A stretch of DNA of 64,000 bases from the NCBI GenBank assembly GCA_041737355.1, contig JBGSRW010000006.1, positions 83,734 to 147,733 of the forward strand, given 5' to 3'. Positions 56,552 through 64,000 of this stretch are shown here, piece by piece. Position 1 is the first letter of the stretch, and the number at the start of each line of letters is the position of its first letter. The notes under the pieces were generated by a model, which saw only the letters and a program-made list of their open reading frames with translations, ran no database searches and was not told the DNA's origin. The position numbers and the translations under genes are program-made. This stretch comes from Patescibacteria group bacterium. Its GTDB lineage: Bacteria > Patescibacteriota > Patescibacteriia > XYB2-FULL-38-15.

Positions 56552-59149
56552 ATGCAAGATAAAATAATTATAAAAGGCGCTCGGGAACATAATCTGAAAA
56601 ATGTTTCTTTGGAAATTCCAAGAAACAAATTAACCGTTTTTACCGGACTTTCCGGCTCGGGAAAATCGAGCCTGGCTTTTGATACCATTTTTGCCGAAGG
56701 CCAACGACGTTATGTTGAATCCCTTTCAGCTTATGCCCGGCAATTTTTGGGCCAGATGGATAAACCCGACGTCGACGAAATCGAAGGATTGTCGCCGGCC
56801 ATTTCCATTGACCAGAAAGCCCACAGCGCCAATCCCCGCTCCACGGTTGCAACTATTACGGAAATTTATGATTACCTCCGCGTTCTTTTTGCGAGAATTG
56901 GAAAACCACACTGCCCAATCTGTGGCAAGGAAATAAGAAAAATGACTGTTGAAGAAATGGTTGATTTAATTTTGAGAAAAACTACAGAGATTCATAATTC
57001 AAAAAAGAGCCATCTTTCCGTTACAAATGCTTCCGACCATATCACAATCCTGGCTCCGGTTGTCCGGGGAAGAAAAGGCGAATATTACCAGATGCTCTAC
57101 GATTTTTATAACAATGGTTTTTCCGAAGTCCGGGTCAACGGAAAATTCCGGGAATTAAAAAATAAAATCGTTCTCCCCCGCTACCAGCAGCACAACATCG
57201 ATCTTGTCGTCGACAAAGTTACTCTTGGCTGGCCGCTCGAAAATAATAAAGGTTTAAGGGCCCGTCTCGCCGAAGCGGTTGAGGCCGCCCTGAAATACGG
57301 GCAGGATGTCGTAACAGTTATTTTGGACAACGGCCAGGAAATGGTCATGTCTTCCAAGTTTTCCTGCCCGGAAGATGAATTTTCCTTCCCTGAAATCGAA
57401 CCGCGCCTTTTCTCTTTCAATAGTCCGTATGGCGCCTGCCAGACCTGCCACGGCTTGGGCACGGAATTTTTATTCTCCGAAACTCCCTGCCCGGACTGCC
57501 ACGGCGACCGTTTGCGCAAAGAAAGCTTGCATGTCTTCGTCGCCGGAAAAAATATCGTCGAAGTAACGAAAATGCCGGTTGAAAACGCGCAAAAATTTTT
57601 CGACCTCATCTCTTCTCCAACAAACAAAAAAAATTCTCTGAGTAAAGTCGATCTGGAAATTGCGAGTACCGTCTTAAAAGAAATAAAAAGTCGGCTTCAG
57701 TTTATGCTTGATGTCGGTTTAGGATATCTTACTTTGAACCGAACGGCTGGGACTCTTTCCGGCGGCGAAGCGCAAAGAATCCGCCTCGCTTCGCAAGTTG
57801 GCTCAAGACTGGTCGGCGCAACTTATATTTTGGACGAGCCGACAATCGGCCTGCATCCGAAAGATAATGAAAAATTATTGGCTACTTTGAAAAACATCAA
57901 AGACATCGGCAATACCGTCATTGTCGTTGAGCACGACCCAGAGACAATCTGGATGGCCGACTATTTGGTTGATCTTGGACCCGGAGCCGGCACCCACGGC
58001 GGAGAAATTGTCGCGGCTGGTCCGATGCCCGACGTCCTGGAAAATAAAAAATCCCTGACCGCAGCTTATTTACGTGGCGACAAAGAAATTGCCATACCGG
58101 AAAAACGCCGCCATGTCGACGGGAAAAGTAAATCCTTCCCTTCCGGCCAGATGAAAATCGTCGGCGCTACGGAAAATAATTTAAAAAATATTGATGTCAA
58201 AATTCCGCTCAAGAGATTTGTTTGCGTGACTGGCGTTTCCGGATCGGGAAAAAGTACTTTGGTAAATGATATTCTCTGGAAAGCCCTTTCCAACAAACTT
58301 AACCACACAAATTATCAGGTCGGGAAACACGCCCGGGTTGAGGGGCTGGATTATTTGGATAAAGTTATTGTTATTGACCAGTCACCCATCGGCCGAACAC
58401 CAAGGTCAAATCCGGTTACCTATACCGGTGCCTGGACGCATATCCGCGAGCTCTTTACCGCGCTTCCCGAATCGCGGGCCCGTGGCTACCAACCCGGCCG
58501 TTTCAGTTTTAATGTTCCAAACCAACGTGGTGGCGGACGCTGTGAAAATTGCGAAGGCGGCGGCATGATTAAAATTGAAATGCATTTTCTCCCGGCCGTT
58601 TATGTTACCTGCCCGGTTTGCAAAGGCACGAGATTCGACCGCGAAACTCTAGCGATTCAATATAAAGGAAAAAATATCCATGATGTCCTGGCGATGACTA
58701 TTGAGGAGGCGGAAGAATTTTTCAAAAATATTCCTCCTGTCAACGACCGGCTGAAAATTTTACGCGAAGTCGGCTTGCAATATTTGACTCTTGGCCAAAG
58801 CGCTACAACATTGTCCGGCGGCGAGGCACAGCGCATTAAACTGGGCGCCGAACTGGCCCGCCGTTCCACGGGACGGACAATTTATATTTTGGATGAGCCG
58901 ACCGTAGGTTTACATTACGCCGATGTGGAAAAACTGCTTGAGGTTCTGCACCGCCTGGTAAGTTTGGGTAATACCGTCATTGTCATTGAGCACAATCTTG
59001 ATTTTATAAAAACGGCCGACTGGATTATCGATCTCGGGCCGGACGGCGGAGACGCCGGCGGGCAGCTGATTGCGGCTGGCACCCCGGAAGATTTGGCAAA
59101 AAATCAAAAATCTTACACCGGGCAATACCTGAAGAAAACTTTGAAATAA
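56552..59149 (+). CDS. uvrA: Excinuclease ABC subunit A (compact, 865 aa)
   Basis: Two ABC ATPase modules ([12 protein letters not shown]; [12 protein letters not shown]), zinc fingers (CPICGKE; CQTCHGLG...CPDCHG; CENCEGGG...CPVCKG) and LSGGEAQRI signatures twice. Confidence 0.95.
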   Translation: MQDKIIIKGAREHNLKNVSLEIPRNKLTVFTGLSGSGKSSLAFDTIFAEGQRRYVESLSAYARQFLGQMDKPDVDEIEGLSPAISIDQKAHSANPRSTVATITEIYDYLRVLFARIGKPHCPICGKEIRKMTVEEMVDLILRKTTEIHNSKKSHLSVTNASDHITILAPVVRGRKGEYYQMLYDFYNNGFSEVRVNGKFRELKNKIVLPRYQQHNIDLVVDKVTLGWPLENNKGLRARLAEAVEAALKYGQDVVTVILDNGQEMVMSSKFSCPEDEFSFPEIEPRLFSFNSPYGACQTCHGLGTEFLFSETPCPDCHGDRLRKESLHVFVAGKNIVEVTKMPVENAQKFFDLISSPTNKKNSLSKVDLEIASTVLKEIKSRLQFMLDVGLGYLTLNRTAGTLSGGEAQRIRLASQVGSRLVGATYILDEPTIGLHPKDNEKLLATLKNIKDIGNTVIVVEHDPETIWMADYLVDLGPGAGTHGGEIVAAGPMPDVLENKKSLTAAYLRGDKEIAIPEKRRHVDGKSKSFPSGQMKIVGATENNLKNIDVKIPLKRFVCVTGVSGSGKSTLVNDILWKALSNKLNHTNYQVGKHARVEGLDYLDKVIVIDQSPIGRTPRSNPVTYTGAWTHIRELFTALPESRARGYQPGRFSFNVPNQRGGGRCENCEGGGMIKIEMHFLPAVYVTCPVCKGTRFDRETLAIQYKGKNIHDVLAMTIEEAEEFFKNIPPVNDRLKILREVGLQYLTLGQSATTLSGGEAQRIKLGAELARRSTGRTIYILDEPTVGLHYADVEKLLEVLHRLVSLGNTVIVIEHNLDFIKTADWIIDLGPDGGDAGGQLIAAGTPEDLAKNQKSYTGQYLKKTLK

Positions 59150-59186
59150 AATAAATATATAAAAAGAGCCCGAAAAATTTCCGAGC

Positions 59187-59459
59187 TCATTTCCTGGTCT
59201 GGTAGGAATTCCATCCCGCCGGCAAGGAGATGCCACACTGGGTAAAAATAGCCGCTACTTCGTCGGTTACGCCAGCGCACTGTTTCGAGGAAAAATACTT
59301 GATCGCCGCCTGGATTCTCGCAGCCGCTGCCTGTTTGTTATCTGAAGCATGGACGATCCATTCGACATCAGGAACGAAGCAACCGGCCGCCGCGTCCCAA
59401 ACCACCAGGAAAAACCTGGTCGGGTTGAAAAGTGCCTCTTTGAGGCAGACAATTCTCAC
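59187..59459 (-). CDS. Hypothetical small protein, GC-rich islet 5
   Basis: 90 aa with a GTG start and RBS GGAGGTGA 5 nt upstream; GC-rich, inserted between uvrA and uvrC; no recognizable domain. Confidence 0.45.
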   Translation of the reverse strand: MRIVCLKEALFNPTRFFLVVWDAAAGCFVPDVEWIVHASDNKQAAAARIQAAIKYFSSKQCAGVTDEVAAIFTQCGISLPAGWNSYQTRK

Positions 59460-59516
59460 CTCTCACCTCCTTTCGTGGCTTTATCTTAAAACAAAAACAA
59501 ACCAATTGTCAATCGT

Positions 59517-60767
59517 ATGGAAAATGTAAAAGAAAAAATTAAAAAATTTCCTAAAACCCCCGGCGTATATTTGATGAAAAACGCCGAGGGGAAGATTGTT
59601 TATGTCGGAAAAGCTACTTCTCTCCGCGACCGGGTAGCGAGTTATTTTGCCAGACCGCACGAACGACGGATGGAAAACCTAGTCCGGGAAATTGCTAATA
59701 TTGAATACCAGAAAACCCCGACGGTTATTGAAGCACTGGTTTTGGAAGCCAACTTAATCAAAAAATATTCTCCAAAATACAACGTCAAAGAAAAGGATGA
59801 CAAATCATTTCTCTATGTCGCGTTCAGCAAGGATAAATTCCCGAAAATATTTTTGATCCGCGGTCTGGAGATAAAAAGATTATCCCCACAATCCAAAAAA
59901 CAAATTACCAAGCTTTTCGGGCCGTATACAAGCGCCGCTTCGCTCCGGGCCGCCCTGGATATTTTAAGAAAAATTTTTCCTTACCGCGACTGCCAAACTT
60001 TTCCCAAACGGCCCTGCCTGCAGTATCACTTAAAACGCTGTAGTGCTCCGTGCACCGGCCTGATCACCGGGCCGGACTACCGAAAAAATATTAAAAATAT
60101 AATTTTATTTTTTGAAGGCAGAAAAGAAAAAATTTTAAAAAACCTGAGGAAAGAAATGAACGGAGCGAGCCGTCAAGAAAACTTCGAACTAGCCGGAAAA
60201 CTACGGAATAAAATTTTCTCTCTCGAACACATCCAAGATGTTGCCGTCATCAAAAGCGATATCTCCCGCGATCTGGGCGACCGCGCCGGTATAAATATTT
60301 TCGGCCGGATTGAGGGTTATGACATTTCCAACATCAGCGGCACATCGGCAACCGGCAGTATGGTCGTTTTTGGAGACGGCAAACCGAATAAAAAAGAATA
60401 CCGCAAATTTAAAATTAAAACTGTCACCGGGGCAAACGATGTCGGGATGATAAGGGAGGTAATCAGCCGGCGGCTGAAACACGCCGAGTGGCCATTGCCT
60501 GATTTAATTTTAGTTGATGGAGGATGGGGACAGATTAACGCCGTCAGAGAAATTCTAACCGAACATAAAATAGAAATCTCCGTAATTGGCATTGCCAAGG
60601 GTTTTGACCGCAAGCAGGACCGCCTGCTCTATGGAGAAGAAAATCCGGAACTCGGCCGTCTGGCCGGACAATACAAAGATATTCTCCTCCGCGTCCGCGA
60701 CGAAGCCCACCGTTTTGCCATTGGCTACCACAAAATTTTACGAAAAAATAAATTGTTAAATAAATAA
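59517..60767 (+). CDS. uvrC: Excinuclease ABC subunit C, short form (GIY-YIG + Cys motif + RNase H-like endonuclease domain; no C-terminal HhH)
   Basis: 416 aa with GIY-YIG (PGVYLMKNAEGKIVYVGKATSLRDRVASYF), a Cys cluster (CQTFPKRPCLQYHLKRCSAPC), and a C-terminal RIEGYDISNISGTSATGSMVVF RNase H-like domain. It ends without the (HhH)2 seen in canonical ~600-aa UvrC. Confidence 0.8.
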   Translation: MENVKEKIKKFPKTPGVYLMKNAEGKIVYVGKATSLRDRVASYFARPHERRMENLVREIANIEYQKTPTVIEALVLEANLIKKYSPKYNVKEKDDKSFLYVAFSKDKFPKIFLIRGLEIKRLSPQSKKQITKLFGPYTSAASLRAALDILRKIFPYRDCQTFPKRPCLQYHLKRCSAPCTGLITGPDYRKNIKNIILFFEGRKEKILKNLRKEMNGASRQENFELAGKLRNKIFSLEHIQDVAVIKSDISRDLGDRAGINIFGRIEGYDISNISGTSATGSMVVFGDGKPNKKEYRKFKIKTVTGANDVGMIREVISRRLKHAEWPLPDLILVDGGWGQINAVREILTEHKIEISVIGIAKGFDRKQDRLLYGEENPELGRLAGQYKDILLRVRDEAHRFAIGYHKILRKNKLLNK

Positions 60768-60849
60768 TTAAAATTTTATTTTTCGGCCCGGCCTAACGGA
60801 TGGGCTTTTTTATTTGGCTTAAAGATGGTAAAATAAGGAAATAAAAACA

Positions 60850-61896
60850 ATGACATTAACAAACATGATCACCCCTCAACTAATCAAAAAATTAGACAAA
60901 TCAAACCTGCTCGGATCGATTGAGCTTTTAGGCCGGCAGTGCGAGCAAACATGGAAAGAAATTAAAAAAATAAAAATTCCGGCCAATTACCGCCAAGCGG
61001 AAAATGTTGTCATTTCCGGAATGGGCGGCTCTGCCTTGGGCGGACATATTATACAAACGCTTTTCGCCGCCGAACTCAAGGTGTCGATTGAAGTTGTCCG
61101 CGGCTATACGCTTCCGGCTTATGTCGGACCAAAAACCCTTTTGATTCTTTCAAGCTATTCCGGCAATACGGAAGAAACTTTGGCGGCAGCTAAAGAAGGT
61201 CAAAAGAGGAAAGCTAAAATCATTGGTCTGGCAGCCGGCGGAAAACTGTCGGACTTTTTGCGCCGCAACAATTACCCGGCTTATATCTTTAAACCAAATT
61301 ATAATCCTTCCGGCCAGCCGCGCATGGGCTTGGGATATTCGGTTCTCGGCCAGCTCGGCCTCCTAAAACAATGCGGCCTCATAAAAATTGATGAAAAAGA
61401 AATCCTTGAAACAATCAGACTGCTCGACCGGAAAAATAACGCGGCAAAAAATTTAGCCGAAAAATTAAAAAATAAAACTCCGGTCATTGTTGCTTCGGAA
61501 TTTTTGCTTGGCAACGGCCATGCGATGGCAAATCAAATAAACGAAAATGCTAAGTGTTTTGCCGCATATTTCGAACTGCCGGAGTTAAACCATCATTTGA
61601 TGGAGGGGTTAAAGAACCCGATGTCCAACCGAAAAAATCTCGCCTTCATACTGCTAAACTCCTCCCTTTATCTCCCCCGCAACCAGAAAAGATACAAAAT
61701 TTTAAAAACCGTGCTCGCTAAAAATAAAATAAAATTTTTCGAATACCGGCCGGCGGCTAAAACAAGATTCCAGCAATCGTGGGAAACTCTACTTTTCGGC
61801 AGCTACATGAGTTTTTATCTGGCTATGGGTTATAATCTTGATCCCTCACCGGTTCCCTGGGTAAACTTTTTTAAAAAAGATCTTGAAAGGAATTAA
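60850..61896 (+). CDS. SIS-domain bifunctional phosphoglucose/phosphomannose isomerase-like protein
   Basis: 348 aa with the SIS motif VVISGMGGSALGGHII and a second SIS-like half. Confidence 0.7.
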   Translation: MTLTNMITPQLIKKLDKSNLLGSIELLGRQCEQTWKEIKKIKIPANYRQAENVVISGMGGSALGGHIIQTLFAAELKVSIEVVRGYTLPAYVGPKTLLILSSYSGNTEETLAAAKEGQKRKAKIIGLAAGGKLSDFLRRNNYPAYIFKPNYNPSGQPRMGLGYSVLGQLGLLKQCGLIKIDEKEILETIRLLDRKNNAAKNLAEKLKNKTPVIVASEFLLGNGHAMANQINENAKCFAAYFELPELNHHLMEGLKNPMSNRKNLAFILLNSSLYLPRNQKRYKILKTVLAKNKIKFFEYRPAAKTRFQQSWETLLFGSYMSFYLAMGYNLDPSPVPWVNFFKKDLERN

Positions 61897-61923
61897 ATCC
61901 CGGCATAAGGAGGAAAATTCCCA

Positions 61924-63540
61924 ATGAAAAATATTGCGTTTCTCAAATATTTCGGTTTGTTTATAATCGCTTTCGCGATTTTTTCTTTTTTCCAATATTC
62001 ACCGACTTTCCCGGATCCTGATTCTTTCTACCATGCCAAAATAGCTGTCCTAATCCGCGACCAGGGTGTTGTAAAAGATTTCCCCTGGCTACAATTTACC
62101 GTCTTGAAAGATTATTATATTGATCACCATTTTCTTTACCACATTTCCCTCGTTCCTTTCGTCACCTTTCTTGACCCGCTGGTCGGCATAAAATTGGCTA
62201 CGGCACTTTTCGGAGCGCTTTTGATTTTGACTTTTTATTGGTTTCTTCAAAAATTTAAAATCAGGGGCGCCTTTTTTTATTCCTTGTTTCTTCTCATCTC
62301 GGGACCGTTCATTTTCAGGATCAACCTCGCAAAGGCTTCCTCCTTGTCTCTTATTTTTCTGTTTTTCGGTTTTTACTTTATCGCGCGTCGCAAACTTTGG
62401 CCGCTTTTTTTTCTGTCTTTTTTCTATGTCTGGACCTATGGCGGCTGGCCGCTCATGCTCGTTTTAACTTCCTTTTATATTCTTGCCGAAACCATCTCTG
62501 ATTTTGTTGAAAAATTTAAAAAAGAAAATTCGGAAATAAAAAATCCTGGAGCGGCGATAAAAATTTTTTTCAGGACGCTCTTCTCAAGAGAAAATATCAA
62601 ACTTTTCTCTGCCTGCTTCGGGGGGTTGCTTGCCGGACTGGTTATCAACCTGTACTTTCCAAAAAATCTCACTTTTTACTGGCACCAAATTATCAAAATT
62701 GCGGTTATCAATTACCAAAATAAAATCGGCGTCGGCGCGGAGTGGTATCCTTACGGTTTAGGAGATTTAATTTCAAACACCTCGCTGGTTTTCGTTCTCC
62801 TGATCGTTTCGTTGGCCGTTTTCTTTGTAAATTTCATCAAAAATTTTACCAATGATAAAAAAATCCTGCCGCCGGAAAACAAAAACAGGCCAATGATTTT
62901 AGCGACAACCTTTTGCGCCGTTTTTTTTCTGCTCCTAACCTTGCGGGCTCGCCGCAATGTTGAATATTTTATCCCTTTTGCCGTCTTAATGGGGGCTTTT
63001 GCCCTGGATCAACCTTTCTCTTTTTTGGGAAAATATTGGCTGACTTTTAAAAATTGGTGGCAAAAAAGAAAAGTATTAGCCAGCCTCCTCTGCCTTTATT
63101 TTATCCTGATGGTCCCGTTTACCGCCGCGCGGAATATCCTGTCGGTCAAACAGCAATTTCTGAATGGAGGATCGACCCAAAAATACCGCGGAGTGGCCGA
63201 ATGGCTGAAAAATAACACACCGGAAGGAGCTATAATTTTCCATAATGACTGGGACGACTTTCCGGCTCTTTTCTACTACAATACTCATGACTATTACATC
63301 GCCGGGCTTGACCCAACCTTTATGTATGATTATGATAAAAATCTGCACAAACAATGGGTTGATATCACTACCGGAAAACAGGACAATATTTCCGAAATTG
63401 TTAAAAATAATTTTAGGTCAGAGTATGTATTCGTCGACAAAGATCATGTCGCCCTGGAAAATAATTTAAAGCGCGATGGCCATTTTAAAATGGTCTATAA
63501 AGACGACGAGGGTAAAATTTACGAGCTGACCGCAAAATAG
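61924..63540 (+). CDS. Polytopic membrane protein, GT-C-fold (family 39-like) glycosyltransferase candidate
   Basis: 538 aa with about 11 TMs and an N-terminal FPDPDSFYHAKIAVLIRDQG loop motif typical of PMT/ArnT-like GT-C enzymes; followed by a GT2 gene. Confidence 0.5.
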   Translation: MKNIAFLKYFGLFIIAFAIFSFFQYSPTFPDPDSFYHAKIAVLIRDQGVVKDFPWLQFTVLKDYYIDHHFLYHISLVPFVTFLDPLVGIKLATALFGALLILTFYWFLQKFKIRGAFFYSLFLLISGPFIFRINLAKASSLSLIFLFFGFYFIARRKLWPLFFLSFFYVWTYGGWPLMLVLTSFYILAETISDFVEKFKKENSEIKNPGAAIKIFFRTLFSRENIKLFSACFGGLLAGLVINLYFPKNLTFYWHQIIKIAVINYQNKIGVGAEWYPYGLGDLISNTSLVFVLLIVSLAVFFVNFIKNFTNDKKILPPENKNRPMILATTFCAVFFLLLTLRARRNVEYFIPFAVLMGAFALDQPFSFLGKYWLTFKNWWQKRKVLASLLCLYFILMVPFTAARNILSVKQQFLNGGSTQKYRGVAEWLKNNTPEGAIIFHNDWDDFPALFYYNTHDYYIAGLDPTFMYDYDKNLHKQWVDITTGKQDNISEIVKNNFRSEYVFVDKDHVALENNLKRDGHFKMVYKDDEGKIYELTAK

Positions 63541-63542
63541 TT

Positions 63543-64000
63543 ATGAAAATTACAATAGCTATACCGGCCTACAACGAAGAAATTATCCTGAAAAATAATA
63601 TTCTTATTCTTTATAATTTTCTAAAAAACAATATTTCCGATGACTGGAAAATCGTGATTACCGATAATAATTCTTCGGACAGAACTGGGGAAATCGGAAA
63701 GGATCTGGAAAAAGAATACTTAAAAATAAAATATCTGTTTGTTTCGCGGAAGGGCAAGGGGCTGGCAATCCGGACCGCCTGGGAAAACTCCGATGTTGAT
63801 GTATGTTGTTTTATGGATGCCGACTTGGCTACCGATCTCTCCGCGCTCCCGGCTCTTATTTCCGCTATAAGCAAGAATAATTACGATATCGCCGCCGGTT
63901 CACGCTTTCTGCCGGAATCAAAGGTGGAAAGATCCTTAATCAGAAAATTTGTTTCGCAAAATTACCGCCTTGCCCTGCATTGGCTTCTGGGCCTAAAAAT
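63543..64000 (+). CDS. GT2-family glycosyltransferase (polyprenol-phosphate sugar transferase-like), 3' truncated by window edge
   Basis: MKITIAIPAYNEE ... VITDNNSSDRTGEI ... CCFMDADLATDL: GT-A fold with a DxD-type motif; no stop in the window. Confidence 0.75.
   Translation, partial: MKITIAIPAYNEEIILKNNILILYNFLKNNISDDWKIVITDNNSSDRTGEIGKDLEKEYLKIKYLFVSRKGKGLAIRTAWENSDVDVCCFMDADLATDLSALPALISAISKNNYDIAAGSRFLPESKVERSLIRKFVSQNYRLALHWLLGLK

Noticed and set aside
1-64000. CRISPR arrays, IS elements or transposases
   Set aside because: No regularly spaced direct repeats and no transposase/integrase-like ORFs (other than the Xer recombinase) were found anywhere in the window.

Overview
The window looks like a low-GC, gene-dense bacterial chromosome segment of Patescibacteria/CPR type, with short intergenic regions, a type IV pilus cluster and a reduced housekeeping set. 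The CPR assignment is an inference from gene content.

Core content supported from the sequence:
- A two-component pair (truncated response regulator plus sensor kinase) at the left edge.
- tRNA-Lys and tRNA-Arg, then a minus-strand type IV pilus block: pilT, pilB, pilC, two prepilin-type pseudopilins, a PilX-like 440-aa protein, pilM, pilN, pilO and one unknown.
- A long minus-strand operon (MBL hydrolase, TM protein, gyrA, rpmF, nusB, rnc), then rpsA, ftsH, a second GspE/PilB-type ATPase, tsaE, a sigma-70, tsaD and tRNA-Glu.
- Hsp20-DUF3006-VanW, the H+-pyrophosphatase, a LysM-M23 peptidase, comM, lspA, a dksA-like gene, pnp, a NYN protein, rpsO, a Xer recombinase and a tRNA-Arg/tRNA-His pair.
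- A large sensor kinase with a periplasmic solute-binding domain, an SPFH protein, uvrB-uvrA-(short)uvrC, a SIS isomerase and two glycosyltransferases.

The most unusual signal is compositional. At least five short GC-rich islets and one ~3 kb GC-rich block are embedded in the AT-rich backbone.
- The islets have strongly GC-biased third codon positions, strong GGAGG-type ribosome-binding sites and their own hairpin terminators.
- They encode unfamiliar small proteins, several Cys-rich (multi-CxxC zinc-ribbon type) and arranged as two-gene units.
- A minus-strand operon built around a PI3/PI4-kinase-like atypical kinase lies next to one of them.

Two ORF-free transcription units with near-consensus promoters and terminators were also found: a ~350-nt candidate ncRNA or long leader upstream of dksA, and a ~190-nt unit encoding a 38-aa basic peptide. 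A pseudoknot-like repeat element overlaps the rnc start.

No CRISPR array, IS element or integrase-bounded prophage was seen.
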